Positions 35,607-50,013 of a stretch of DNA of 64,000 nt are shown piece after piece. The translations under genes were made by a program, and so were the position numbers. How positions within the stretch are numbered: the first letter of the stretch is position 1; each line of letters opens with the position of its first letter. Source of the stretch: the human T2T-CHM13v2.0 reference genome, Homo sapiens; NCBI RefSeq assembly GCF_009914755.1, contig NC_060937.1; one strand, given 5' to 3'. The notes beneath the pieces are model-generated. The model searched no databases and was not told the origin of the DNA. It saw only the letters and a list, made by a program, of their open reading frames with translations.

Positions 35607-38600
35607 TTTTAAAAAAATAAACTTTATTTTTTAGAGCAGTTTTAGGTTTGCAGCAAAATTGAGCAGAAAGCGCAGAGGGTTCCTATGTCCCACTGACCCC
35701 ACAAATGCACAGCCTCCCCACTATTGACATCACCACCACATGGAGGCATTTGTTAGATTCGATAAACCTACACTGACACATCATTTTCACCTAAATTCCG
35801 TAGTTTACATTAGGGTTGATTCTTGATGCTGCACATTCTATTGGTTTGGACAAATGTGTGATGGCATGTAGCCACTATCTGCGTATCATACAGAGTAGTT
35901 TCACTGCCCTAAAAATCCTCTGTGTTCTGCCTATTTATCCCTCCTTTCCCACTAACCCCTGGAAATCACTGATATTTTTGTAGTCTTCATAGTTTGTCTT
36001 CAGAATGGCATATGGTTGGAATCATACAGGGTATCCTTTTTAGATTATTTTACTTCTCTTAGTAATATGCATTTAAGTTTTCTCCATGTCTTTTCATAGC
36101 TTGAGAACTCAATTATTTTTAGACTTGAATAATATTCCATTATTTGAAAGTGCCAGAGTTTATTCATTTACTTATTGAAGGACATCTTGGTTGATTCCAG
36201 GTTTTGCATCTCTGTGTATGTTTTTTGGTGTGGACATAACTTTTCAACTATTTGATTAAATACTATGAAGTGTAATTGCTGGATTATATGTTAACAGTAT
36301 GTTTCATTTTGTGAGAAACTGCCAGACTGATTTCCAAAATGGCTGTACCATTTTGCATTCCCATCAGCAAATAATTAGAATGCTTATTCTTCTACATCCT
36401 CACCAGCATTAGTTCTTGTCAGTGTTTTGGATTTTTGTCATTCTAATAAGTGTACAGTGGTATCTCATTTTTGTTTTCATTTGCAATTCCCTAAAGACAT
36501 ATGATGTGGAGCATCTTTTCATATGCTTACTTGTCTTTTGTACATCTTCTTTGGTTAAATGTCTGTTCAGGTATTTTGCCCATTTTAAAATTGGGTTGTT
36601 CATTTTCTTATTGTTGAATTCTAAGAGTTCTTTGTATATTTTCAGTAACAGTCCTTTGTCAGGTGTGACCTTTGCAAATATTTTCTTCCAGTCTGTAATT
36701 TGTTTTCTTATTCTCTTGGCATTGTCTTTTCAGAGCAGATGTTTTAAATTTTAATAAAGTCTAACTTTTGAATTATTTTATGGATTGTACCTTTGGTGTT
36801 ACATCTAAAAAGTTTTTGTTATACCTGAGGTTATCTAGGTTTTCACCTATGTTTTCTTCTAGAGGTTTTATAATTTTCCATTTTATATGTAGGTATACAA
36901 CTCATTTTGAGTTAACTTTTGTAAAAGGTATAAGGTCTGTGTCTAGATTTTTTTTTTTTTTTTTTTTGCTTATGGATGTACAGTTGTTCCTGCATCATTT
37001 GTTGAAAAGACTCTTTTTGTTCTGTTGTATTGCCTTTGCTCCTTTGCCAGTGATTAGTTCACTTTATTTATGTGGATATATTTCTGGACTTTGCATTCTG
37101 TTCCATTGATCTATTTCCTATTCTTTCACAAATACTATAGTTTCTTGATTACTGTAGGTTTATAATAAGTCTTGAAGTCAGGTGGTGTCAATTATCCAAC
37201 TTTGTTCCTCTCCTTCAATATTGAGTTGGCTATTCTGAATCTTTTGCCTCATGTAAATTTTAGAATCTGTATGTCAATATCCACATAATTTACTTGGATT
37301 TTGATTGTGATTGCACAGAATCTATAGATCAAGTTGGGGAGAACTCATATCTTGACAATATTATGTCTTCTTATCCACAAACATGTACTATTTCTCCAAT
37401 TATTTGGTTCTTTGATGTCTTTTATCAGAGTTTTATAGTTTTCCTCATATAGATCTTATACATAAATATTTCATTAGATTTAAACCTAAATATCTCACTT
37501 TTGAGGGAGTTAATATAAATGGTAATGTGCTTTTTATTTCAAATTTCACTTGTTCATTGCCAGTATATAAGAAAGTGATTAACTTTTATATATTAACCTT
37601 ATATCCTGTGACCTTGTTAAAATCAGTTATAAGTTCCAAGAGTCTCTTTGTCTATTCTTTCAGATTTTCTTTATAGATGAGCAGGTCCTCTTCAAACTAA
37701 GACAGTTTTATTTTTTCCTTCTCAATTAGTATGCCTTTTATTTCATTTTCTCATCTTACTGCATTAACTAAATTTTGCAGTAGAATGTGAATAGGCAATT
37801 GTGAGAAGAGATATCCTTACCTTGTTCCTGATCTTAACAGGAAAGCTTCTAGTTTCTTATTATTAGTAGGATGTTAACTGTAACACTTTTCATAGATTTT
37901 ACTCATTAAGTTGAGGAAGGTCCTCTGTATTTCTAGTTTGATGGGAGTTCTTATTATGAGGAGGTGTTTGATTTTTGTCAAATGCTTTTTCTGCCCTAGT
38001 GATAGGATCTTGTGATTTTTCTTCTTTAGCTTGTAAATGTGATAGATCACATTACCTGATTTTCAAATTTTGAAACAGACTTACATACTTGGGATAAATC
38101 TCACTTAGTGTATACTTCTTTTTACATACTGCTGGATTCAATTTGCTAATATTTGATGGAGAATTTTTGCATCTATTTTAATGAGAGATATTGGCCTATT
38201 GTTTTCTCTCCTTGTAAGGTCTTTGGTTTTGATATTAGGGTAATGCTAGCCTCATGGAATGAGTTAGGAAGTATTTTATCTGATTTTATATTCTGAAATA
38301 GATTGTAGAGAATAGGTTTAATTTCTTCCTTAAATGTTTGGTAGAATTTACCAGTGAACACATCTGGGCCTGATGCTTTCTATTTAGGAAGATTATTAGA
38401 CTACTGTTATTTTATCAATTTCTTTAATAGATATAAGCCTATTCATATCATCTATTTCGTCTCGTGTGAGTTTTGGCAGGTTGTATATTTCATGGAATTT
38501 GTCAAATTTGTAGGCATAGAGTTTTAATAATATTTCTTTATTATTTTTATTGTCCATAGTATCTACAGTAATAGCTTTCCTTTGTATCTTATAATAGTAA

Positions 38601-41300
38601 TTTGTATCCTTTTTTGTTCGTTAGCCTCACTAGAGACCTATTAATTTTATTGAAATATTTTAACAGCAGCTTTTGATTTTATTGACATTCTCCATTGATT
38701 TCTGCTCTAATTTTTATTATTTTTTCCTTCTCCTTACTTTAAATTTACTATCCTCCTCTCTTTCTATTATACTGAGGTAACAGCTTAGATGATTAATTTT
38801 AGATTTTTCTTCTTTTCTAATAGTGTATTTAATGCTGTGAATCTCCCTCTAAGCAATGTTTTCTCTGCATTCCACAAATTCTGATCAGTTATATTTCATT
38901 TCCATTTAGTTCAAATAGTTTTTAATTTTCTTGAGATATCTTCTTTGACTTATATTTTATTTATAAGTGTGTTGCTTAATCTCCACATCTTTCAAGCTTT
39001 TCCAGCTATCTTTCTGTTACTAATTTATAATTTAATTCTATGGTCTTAGAGCAGACATTGTAAGATTCCTGTTCTTTTAGATTTGTTAAGTTGTTTATTA
39101 TGGCCCAGAATGTGGTCTATCTTGATGAAAGTTCCATATAAGCCTCAGAAAAACATGCTTTCTGCTGTTGTTGGATACAGTAGCCTATAGATGTCAATTA
39201 TATACAGTTAATTAATAGTGCCATTGAGTTTAAGTGGTATTTAAAGTGACTATTGATATAGATGGAGTAATATTACTTTATATTTTCCTGTTTTCTGTGT
39301 GTTGCCCTTTTTTCTTCTCAATTTTGTCTCCCACTGTTTTCTGCCTTTTTTAGTTTTGGTTGACCATTGTATGTTTTCATTTTCTCTCTTTGCTTAGCAT
39401 ATCAATTTTACTTTTTAAAAAACTTATTTTTTCTTTTTCGCCCTTTTCAGTGGGTGTTAAAAGAGTTTGCAATATACGTTTACAATTAATCCGAGTCCAC
39501 TTTCAAGTAACATGGTACCACTTCATGGGTAATATGAGTAGCTTGTAATAAAATGTTCTTAATTTTTTCTTCTTCCTGTCCCTCTATCATTGTTGTCATT
39601 CCTTTTACTTATATAAGCATATATTTGCATATAAATATACACAGCATCCTTAATCAAATACATTGTTGATACGGTTATCTTGAACAAACTGTTATCTGTT
39701 AAATTGATTAAAATTTTTAAAAATAAAGTTTTTATTTGTTCTTCACTCATTCCTTCTTCTCTGCACTTCCTTTTTAAAAAATGTATATCCAAGCTTCTGT
39801 CCGGTATCATTTTTCTTCTCTCTGAAGCACTTTTTTTCTTTAACATTTCTTACAAAGCAGGTGTACCAGCAAGGAATTTCTTCAGCTTTTGTTGGTCTAA
39901 GAAAGTTTATTTCACATTCACTTTTGAAGGATAATTTCATAATGTACAGAATTCTAAGTTGGTGGGGACTTTTTTTTTCTCACAACACTTTAAATATTTC
40001 AGTCCACTTTGTTCTTGTTTGCTTGGTTTCTGAGCAGTCAGGTATTACTTCAACTATTTCTTCTGTTCCGTATTTTCTTTCTTCTCCCACTGTTCTTTTT
40101 TTTTTTCATTTTCTTATATTTCTTGGATATTGTGGGTTTTTTTTCCAGTTTTTTTTTCCTTTGCTTTTCAATTTTGGAAGTTTCTAATGCCATATCCTCA
40201 AACTCAGAGATTCTTTCCTCAGCTATGCTCAGTCTACTAATGAGCCATCTAAATCACTCTTCATTTCTGTTATGTTTTTGATCTCTAGAATTTAATAACA
40301 TTTTCTCTTAGAATTTCTACCTGTCTTGTATTGTCTGTTCTTAGATGCTGTTTACTTTTTCCCTAAATCCCTTAAAATATTAATTATAGTTGTTTAGCAA
40401 TTGTGGTTGAACAATTCCAACATTCCTGCTGTATCTGACTCTGATTCTGATGTTTGTTCAGTCTCTTCAAATTATGTTTTCGACATTTAGTAAATGTAAT
40501 TTTTGGTTGAAAAATGGATGTGATGTACTGGGTAAAAGAAACTGCTGTTATTAGCACTTTGGTAAGTAGCGGCAAGGTTTGTGGGGGAGGGGAAGAAGTC
40601 TATATTATTATGACTATGTCTCAGTTTTTTGGAGAGCCTCTGCTCCAGACCGTGAGTTTCACTAGCACTCCTTGATTTTCTCCCCCTTAGGTGTGATAGG
40701 ATGGTAGAACCAGCTGGAGTTGAATATTCCCCTTCTGCTGGTGAAATTTGGCTCTGATAAAACCCCAAAGGGTTAGATTCTGGTAAAACGGCTTCTCTTG
40801 ATGGCAGACCTTGTTAAGAACAACAGAAAGCACTGTTATATTTCAAAATAGTTACTTCTCTCCTCTTCCTTCTGGAAGCATTGTGGAATTTTTCTCCCCA
40901 AAATTATGAGAACTGGTACTATGAGAACCTGGTAGAGGCTCCCAGATGTAAAACTCTCAAAAGTGTGGGGGCCCTCCATGACTGGGTTCCCTTAGAATTT
41001 TTAACTCTCAAACTTGTTCCCACATAGCCTCTAGCAATTCATGAATTATAGTTTAGGTTTTCCTATCCTGGTACTGGTTCCCGTGAAGGCTTCTGTTCAT
41101 GGGTTTCTCCTGTGGTGAGTTGTCATTCTTTGTATTTGTCTGTTTCTCCAATTTGAGGAACAGAAGTTTGCCCTGTGACCTCACTCCTCTCTGATGGATC
41201 TAAGAAGGACTGTTGATTTTTCAGTTTGTTCATGTTTGACTTCTTAGAATGGGGTGGCAACCTCTAAGCTCCTTACATGCCAGAACAAAGGCAGAAGTCA
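35607..41300 (-). mobile_element. Near-full-length old LINE-1, L1MC1-like
   Basis: 3' end 'actttattttttagagcagttttaggtttgcagcaaaattgagcag'. ORF2 remnants ([23 protein letters not shown]; NPILKWAKYLNRHLTKED), ORF1-end remnant and 5' end 'gctccttacatgccagaac...gaagtc'. Confidence 0.85.
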
Positions 41301-44300
41301 CCCTGCCTCCTTTTAAAATATTCACATTTATCTGCAGTATCTGTGAAGTCCCATCAATTTTGGCTATTGATGACTTACAATAGACAAGGTTTGGATTTTC
41401 CCATTTTGCAAAGATAAAAAAGATCATCGGGGATATTTTTGTTATGTTCTGGTACATCTGGTTCTCACTCTGTCCTACAAACTAAAATAGTGAAATCCTG
41501 ATTGTCAGCCTCTGAGACAGCAGAGGTTTCATTGTGAAGCATGACTCTGCCTTGCCTGTCCCTCCCAATAAACAATTGCTCACTGTGGGCTTGGGGTCCA
41601 CACCCAAGGTAAATGACTCAGTTGCAATTTCAAAAATACCATAAACAAGCACAGAATATTTGTACAAGGCAATAGAACAATTAAGCTTAGTTTAACCAAG
41701 TTGTCTCATTTAATTACTATGGCATTGAATGGCATTGAGCAGAATGCTAAGAGCAGTAAGAATAAGTATTGCCATAACCACTGGAGATACTATTCAGAGT
41801 TGAATTTTTGCCCTTAGCACTTATTTTTATTTCCTTCCTCTACAGATTTGGTCCCAGCGCTGGTTAGCCTGTGCAATTATTTATTCCACAGACATTGCTT
41901 AGTTTCAATTTATCCCCTTTGAGCTGTAGGAGCTCTAATAAACACTTCTTTTGTTTTGGATTTCAGTTTTCACCACTGAATTTCTGAATCATAGAATCTC
42001 TGGAGTTTCATCCTTCTAGTTCCAAAAATATTTAATTAACTATGGATTACAGAGCAAGAGAGTCATTTAGAGTGATGTTAGTCAGAGGAAGCAACTTCAG
42101 AGGAGGCTCATACCTGGAAGGCCCATCTTTCACCTTCCCTCTCCCACCTTAGCAAGTTTCTACAATGCCTTCTAGACTTGGTTCCAAGGTCACCTACTCT
42201 TTGAGAATGTTCTTAACTGCCCCTGTAAATGATTTCTCCTCTCTGGCCCACAAGTCTCTGCATATGACATAGTGTAGCTTACCTGTACACACATCTGCTT
42301 TCTCCCATATACTGTGAGCTACACAATAACAAGAGCCATCTCACCCATCTTTGAGCAAACAGAGGTACCCTTCCTATAATAAAAATACCATTTATTTATT
42401 TCAGAAGCTTTCAATAGTTGATACATCTTATATTTTATGAATGTTCCATATGTATTATATATATGTTCCAAACAAGACTGTAAGTGTCCTCAGTGAACAT
42501 ACAATGTGTGTGCCTTCTTTTGGTGTTTTCCTCAGCTCTGGGTACACGTGCTTAGAAAGTAGATGCTATAATTCCCTGTATTGGAATAAGATAGATGGCA
42601 ATATTTCTGATGAGCCTTCCTTAAGAATTCCCCTGTTTATCACCACTTGAAAGCACTTATTAATTTACTTATACTTAGTTCATATAAAGAAGTTTAAATG
42701 GTTTAATCTATGATTTTAGACAGCTAAATATAGGCACACAATTGTTAGCTCCTGGAGGGCAAGGAAGTTGCTAGTTTATCTTGCCTTACAGAGTACATTA
42801 AACAGTACAAAGTATTATCACTATTTAAAAAAATACTCTTTTACGACAGGGCTGAGTCATGGGGCCACGGAGCTGATGTGAACAAGCAATGTTCAGACTC
42901 AGAGAGTAAAATGCAGAGATACTTTTAGTGTCATTGCATATTCTCCATTCCAGACTCTCTACTGCAAGCTCTTTCTTTGTGATTTGGCCAACCCAACAGA
43001 GAAGAACGTTGAGAGGATTTCTTTCTGCACATTCATTGGCAGTAAGTCCAATGTTAATCCATCCTCAGGCTAATGGCCAGTTGGGACCAGAGGTAAACTA
43101 CTAGTGGCTAACTATTCAAACAGGAAAAATGGTTTGAGACATTGTAAATTCTCACGTAAATTCATTTATGCCAAAACAGGCTAAGTTTCTTTTTCCTAGA
43201 AAACCAGGACAAGGATTTTAATCAAATCATTCAGGTAATTGCCTTAATATGTTTTGCCTTTGTGGGAAGCTTTTGACTTTTTACTTCTCGCCTATTTGCT
43301 GATGATATGGTAGTAATCTCTTGGAAGACCTAGGCACCTGGCCGGCAGTCATTCTCTCCACCCTCTGGCTTGACACCATCCTGGGTGACTCCAACTGACA
43401 ACTTTGCCTCAAGGTTCCTTGCCTGCTTCAGCTTCCAGAATTTTCCGCCACCCCAGGCACCCACTCCATGGTCACACCCTAGATCTTATCACATGCAGAT
43501 TGCACCATCTCTCAAATAAAGTAGTCACAGTCATTCTTAACCATGCATTCCTCACCATCTCTCTCACTTTATTGTTCCCAACACCAGCTCTTTGACTTTA
43601 GTGCTTTATTTTATAGAGTCCCTTGTCCCTCTCCCCATTAGGTCCCTCCTGTCTTTACTTAGCTCCTTAGTCATGCCATTACTTCATCCTTTTGTTTACC
43701 AGTTTGCTAAAACCTCTATTCTGTGGTCATTCCGCCATTCCTCATTGGAGAAAACCCTACAAACCTTAATACATTCTACTGCTACATTCTCTGCTTTTGC
43801 ATGCAGCTCACTGACATTTCAAGAGAAAAATCATACAGTGGTCAGAATTGGTCCACTACATATTTATGTCTTTCATTTTGATGGGGCACTTGTGGCTCTC
43901 TAATGCACTACTATATTTTTCCTGGTCAACAAGCAATGATTCCATGTAGTATTTCAACAATACCTATGCCTCTCAAAAGTCCATCACCCCACCCCAGAAG
44001 CCCCCTCAGCTATTAGCCCGTGATCTTCTATTTAATAGAGAAAACAAATAATGCAACAGTAATTTTCTCAATTTACTTTTATACAACTCAATAGTTTCCT
44101 TCTCTTCCCTGTCAAAATGAAAAATATTTTCTTCCTTTTCCCTCTTCTTACAGGCTGAAATCTGATTATTCCCTCTCACTCTTTATTTTTAACGTCTTTC
44201 TTTACTGGCACATTTAAATATGCAGATGCATTTTCAGTGGGGGTGGGCAACTCCCTCCCCCTCCACTATTTCTCCCTCTAGTTTTCTGTAGCTGTTTAGA

Positions 44301-44660
44301 ACACATCTTCTCAAAAGAATTGTCTTACTATCTCTGTCCCCGCTCCCAGCCATGACTCAACTTAGCCTTTCATTCTAATTGCTATACTCCAGCAGATCTT
44401 TAAGAGACCACAAATGATTTCTGTGAGCATTTGTAAGTCTTTGTCTTACCTAATCTCTCACTAATAGAAACACAACTGATTGCTCCCTTAAAATACTTTC
44501 TTTCCATATTTTTTATGTCACCACACTGCCCGGTTTCCTCCAGGTCTTTCTATGTTCATTTATGGTTACTTTGCTGTTTTCTCTTCCTCTGCCAATACCT
44601 TTTAAGTTGGTGTGACTCCACATGTGTTTTAGATGCTTTTCCTATGTCATTCCACACTCG

Positions 44661-45112
44661 TGTAGGAGGCAGAGGAAGAGCTCCTTTTCTAAAGATGTGC
44701 TCATTCTAACTGCCAGAACCTGTGAATATGTTACATTACATGGAAACAGGGACTGTGAACATGTGATTCCATTAAGGACCTTGAGATGGGAAGATTATCC
44801 TGGATTATCCAGGAGAGCCCAATGTAATCACAAGAGTCCTAATAAGAGAAAGATAAAGGCCAGATAGTCAGTGAAGGAGATGTGATGATGGAAGCAGAGG
44901 TCACAGTGATGAAAGCAGCCTCTAGAAGCTGCAAAAGGCAAAGACAGAGATCTTCCCCCCAAGCTTCTGGAAGGAATGCAGCTTTGCTGACACTTGACAC
45001 TGTTGAGACCCACTTCAAACTCCTAACCCCCAGTACTGTAATAGAACACATTTGTTATTTTAAGTCACTGAGTTTGTGGTAATTGGTTAAAGCAACAATG
45101 GATACTAGAACA
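44661..45112 (+). mobile_element. MLT1D-like MaLR LTR
   Basis: 'gaacctgtgaatatgttacattacatgg', 'ttgagatgggaagattatcctggattatcc', 'gtttgtggtaattggttaaagcaac...aca'. Confidence 0.85.
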
Positions 45113-45167
45113 ACCATTTATCTAGACAATCTCTTCTGAGGCTTCAGATTTTATTCTTTTTCCATCT

Positions 45168-45590
45168 TTGTTCAGAAAGCTAGTTACGGTAACCTCATTG
45201 CAGTAACAAATTCACCCCCTAAACATATAATTGCAAATTCATAATATGGTTTAGATGTCGCTTCTATAGCAATATTGGGGAGGTGAAAAAGCCAGTGGAA
45301 TGGCTCTTCTTTCATCATTCAGTAACTCCGGCAAACAGAGGTCCTGCCTATCTTCAACATTTGGTTTAAAGACAGAAAAAAAGCATTGAAAAAAGGCCAT
45401 GGAACCATGCACATGGACGGTTTTTACAGATATGGCCCATAAGTGGGGTGTTTTCCTTTTTCCCCTCATATTCCACTGACCAGCTTTTAATCATATGGCA
45501 TCTACCATCCAGTCGGAAAATGTACAGGGAAATGTAGTCTACTCATGAGCCTATGCTAACAGAAAATGTGGATTTTGTTCAGCAGCTTTT
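45168..45590 (-). mobile_element. Ancient MLT1 (J/K/L-like) LTR remnant
   Basis: 'gcagtaacaaattcacccc', 'catattccactgaccag...tcatatggca', 'gggaaatgtagtct'. Confidence 0.4.
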
Positions 45591-46885
45591 TGAAATACCT
45601 CCCAAATCTATAATTCAAAGTCTGACCTATTTGCAGACAACTGGAGCCCCATAGGCAACTTCTTACTGAATAGCTTTGCTCAGAGGCATCTAAGAACCTT
45701 GAACTCAACATTTCAAAATTTGAACTCATCATCTTCCCAATATTGTGTCTCCTCCAGTGTTGTTATGTCAGTGAAAGGTGGCTCTACTACCCAAACCAGT
45801 AACCTGGGGCCATCTGTGACTTCTCTCTCACTGCTTAATCAATCACCAGGTCAATAAACAGTGAACAGAAGAATTATATTTCAATTCTGTCCATCTCGCC
45901 AGCATTATTACCACAACCCTAATCCATTCCCTCACTGACACTCACCTGGACTACTACAAATACCTCATTATTTAGATTCTTCCCTCCATTCTTAATCTCA
46001 CAAATTCGTTTTTCACATTGTACCTTAAATGATTTTCCACAAATACCAATGCCACAGTTCATATCATTCCTTAGTTCCAAACATTTCTAAACTTTCCCAG
46101 TATTATTGACATCAAAATATAATATAATGTGCAAGACCCTCCATGACCTATCTTCTACCTGTGTCTCCTGCCTCTTCTCCAGTGCCCATACACCACTGTG
46201 TACTGTTGTCATACCAAACCTTGCTGCTCCCTCAAGGCTCCATGCTACCTCTTGTTTCTAGATCTTTATACATCCTGTTCCCCTGCCTGGCTCCTTCTCC
46301 CTCTGTCCTGAAACTTTACCAGTCAAGTCCAATTTGTTTTCCAGATTTCAGCTCAAATGGCCTTTTCTCTGAGAAACTTTCTCTAATATCTCACAAGAAT
46401 ATATAGCCTATTTCACAATCCATTGTCTGTCTTTCCTGAGGTTCTGCAAGTTATGTAAGGTCAATGAAAGAGTCTGCCTCATTTTTATTCCAAAGGCCTA
46501 GTCTACCACCTAGAACATGATAGCGCTGAGTAAATACTTGTTGAAAGAATGAAAAGATTATCATGTATGTGTATCTAGGGCTTATAAAGCTAGGTAAAGA
46601 ATAAAACATTTATATTCTCATTACTGAGGTCCAATTCCCACTTTTACTTTTAATTTCTTTACTGGTTAAAATTAACATTAATAAAAATAATAACTGCTAT
46701 GATGGCATAATCCTCAATCACAAAGAGCAATTACATTTTCTGTATACAGATATAGTTAGCAAATTAACTCATTTATAGTTCTTCAAAGGGACACAACAGT
46801 AACAGAAGCCACCACTCAATATAAGACTACTTTGTGAATAAACACCAAAACAAAAGTTGTTTTCTAATTCAAGAAAATGCTTGCA

Positions 46886-46927
46886 TGTGTGTGTGTTTGT
46901 GTGTGTGTGTGCTTGTGTGTATGTGTG
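46886..46927. repeat. Imperfect (TG)n microsatellite
   Basis: TG-rich run abutting the MST LTR. Confidence 0.8.
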
Positions 46928-46928
46928 C

Positions 46929-47328
46929 TGTCTTAGTCTGTGCTGCTATAACAAAATACCTGAGATTGGGTAGTTTATAAAGGTCAGAAATTTATTTCTC
47001 ATACTTCTGGAGTGCAGATAGTCCAAGATCAAGTTGCCAACAGATTCAATGTCTGGTGAGGGCTGTTTCCTGCTTCCAACATGAATCAGTGCTGCAGCGA
47101 CCTCGCACAGCAAAAAAGCAAATGCTGTGTCTTCACATGTTAGATGGCTGAATGGCAAAAAGGGCCTACCTAGTTTGTTCTAGCTCTTTTATAAGGTTGC
47201 TAATTCCATTTATGAGGGTTTCACCCTCATGATTTAACTTAAAGCCCCCACCTCTTAATATTATCACATTTGGGTTTCAAGTTCCAACATATGAATTTTG
47301 GAAGGACATATACACACAAGCCATAGCA
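46929..47328 (-). mobile_element. MST-family (MSTD-like) MaLR LTR
   Basis: 'tgtcttagtctgtgctgctataacaaaatacc...aaatttatttctca...ccccacctcttaatattatcacatt...ccatagca'. Confidence 0.85.
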
Positions 47329-48849
47329 TATGTATATCTATGTATATGTACACATATTTTCTTTGTATATAGTTTCCTTTTAACCCAACCTCGTGAGTTT
47401 ATAGCAGCAGAAAAAATATATAAATTTTATGATTCCTAAATTACTATCTAAATTTGAGCCATCTTTTAATTCAGGAAAGACCTAACATAGTTAGTACCAA
47501 TAAGGAATTTGGTCCAACACTCTTTTATGTGACAAAAGAAGAATAATTATTTGTGAAATCATCATGGCCAATATGCTCTTCATTTTTCTAACTCAAAGTA
47601 CACTCATCATCTCTAATTATGGGGGATAAAGTGCATTTTATCTAACTTCAAGCTTGCAAGCATTTGCTTAGAAAATCATTTTTATGTGGGAATTCTTTAA
47701 AGAACACTTAATAAATAATTAAATATATTTTGATGCCTCCAACTATGTTAATATGAGGTTAAGAATAAGATTTCAATTACACCAACGTCTGAAAGCTCAG
47801 AATTATTATTCCCAAGGAAATTATAATCTATCTCCCTGGTGTACAATTCTGTTTTCATAAGAAGTTCTTTTAACAAAAGACAATGCAATCTTTTACTTGA
47901 CAGATGAAGCAATTCAACAAAATATTATGGAAGAGAATAAATCTATGTAAGATTTAGGGGCTTTGATTTGCATTTAAATGGCATAATTCCTGAAAACTTG
48001 TCTGAGGCCATTTCCAATGGAGAGTTTAATAAATGATGGGAAAATATTACTGACTGTAAAAATATGTGTACAATAAGTCTTCAATGGAAAATGTAGAAAA
48101 TTTTTTATTGGCAGATGAATAGAAAACATTTTTCTGATGAGGCCAACCCAGCTAGTGCCCCCAAGTCAATTTCTCCTCCAAGTAATTTGGTGAGTAGTTT
48201 GATGTTCTTGTCTATGGTAGCATTCTCACAGTTTTCTTTGCATTTGGGACAGTAAATTGTTTAATAATCAGATTTTTAAAATTTGTTCTGACTTAGCAAC
48301 TCTGAGCTGTTTAAGGGAGCCACAGACAGATCTATTCACAAAGAAGGCAAGGGCAAACAAATGAAAATTAAAATGTGGGGAAAATGGCTTTTAGGAAATG
48401 AGGAGGAAGAATGAAAGAAGTAGAAAGACCAAAAGAAAAAAATGGAACAGTGCACTTGAATAGGATAAAAGTCCACCTGGAACTGCTTTTGATTTTTCTC
48501 AGTAGCAATAGTTCTAAAGATTAACTACTTTGGATCTGGCACATCAAATACAGCTTTGGAAGATTCTTGGCTCTGCCTAGGCTCTCTGCATGGGGTAAGG
48601 AATGGCTATCTGCTTCACCATTGCAGGTCTAATCCAGCAGACCCTTGGCCAAACTAATCAGCTCTGTTCCATCAGTGTGAGGACAGAAAGTTGATTGAGT
48701 ATGAGTATTGCTGAACTTGTACTGAGGAATTATCCTGAAAATTTTAGTGAAAATATTCACTTACTTAACCATGATTTTTGAGTTTCCAACATGTGCCAGG
48801 ATTATAATAGATTTTTGGAATTCAAATAAAAATAATAAATACACACATA

Positions 48850-49025
48850 ACATTCACACTTGCCTAATATTCTTCTGAACACTTAATATAACTCACATAA
48901 TTCTTGCAATAATCTAATGAAGTAGCTGTTGTTATTGTCCCCATTTTATAGATGAAGAAACTGAAGCATAGAATGGTTCTATGACTTGTTCAAGGTAACA
49001 CAAATAGTTGAATGGTGGAAGTCTT
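48850..49025 (-). mobile_element. MIR (inside an L2-like remnant)
   Basis: 'ccccattttatagatgaagaaactgaagcatag...gacttgttcaaggtaacaca' MIR core. Confidence 0.75.
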
Positions 49026-49788
49026 ACCAAGTGGGACCAATCAGAGAGACACAGAATATCACATGCAGTGTGATGGGGGATGTAATACCAATATGTGTAG
49101 GTGGTGGCAGAGAGGCAGAGATAGTGCTAACACAGAATGAGGATGTCAGAGAAGACTTCTTGGAAATAGGGTGCCTGATCTAAGTCCTAAATAATGGAGA
49201 GGAGTTCGACAAGAGAAGAATGAAGAGAAGATTTTCAAGGCAGACAAAGAACATGAGGAAAATCCCAGAAACCAGAAAGAACACAGGTGTTTGAAGAAAA
49301 GCACAAGCAACACTGGAATAGGAATATATGGTGAGAAGTGGGAGGTGGAAATAAGAAATGTGGTAGAGAAGTGACTACCACCCAAGCCCTGAAAAGCCTT
49401 GTTCACCATTCAGACAACTGGGAGCCATCAAATGAATTCAAACTGAGGAAAACATATTTGGCTCTTAATATTAACATAAACACTCAATATAACTGTTGCT
49501 TATTTGTTAACAGAAGTTTTTATAAATTTAGTCAGCTCTTGGTTTTAAATCCTGCCTCCTACTTAATCTCTGACAGTGGGTGAATCACTCTCCTGGCTTC
49601 TACTGCCTTTTTGTAGAGCAGGCTAATTATACAGCTCACAGCAGGATGTTAGGATGAGGTGAGATCACACTTAGAAATGGCTTAAGAAATGGAGATGCCC
49701 ATGATGTGTATGACACATCATAGGAAGAAAGGATAAAAGTAAAGAGTTTATTTCAGTTACTCAGCTGTGACACAATGATGGCCTAAAC

Positions 49789-50013
49789 AAGTGATTCTCA
49801 ATGGGTTGTAGGTGGGGTTTATTTTCCCCCTTGTAGGGGACACTTGGCTATATTTGAAAGCATTTTTGGTTGTCACAGCTAGGGGTGGGTGATACATCCA
49901 GTGGGTAGAGTGCAGGAATGCTGCTAAGCCTTCTACAATATATAGGGACATCTTCACACGAAAAGGAATTATCCAATTTAATATACCAATAGTGTCAATG
50001 TTGAGAAACCCTG
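49789..50013 (+). mobile_element. MER20 hAT DNA transposon
   Basis: 'agtgattctcaa...tttttggttgtcacagct...ccagtgggtagag...ttgagaaaccctg'. Degenerate 8-bp TSD gcctaaac / tcctaagc. Confidence 0.85.

Larger units (their letters stand above)
43340..46555 (+). mobile_element. L2 remnant, interrupted by MaLR LTRs
   Basis: 'ccatcctgggtgactccaac', 'catggtcacaccctagatctt', 'ctcacctggactactac'; 3' end 'taaatacttgttgaaagaatgaa'. Confidence 0.65.
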
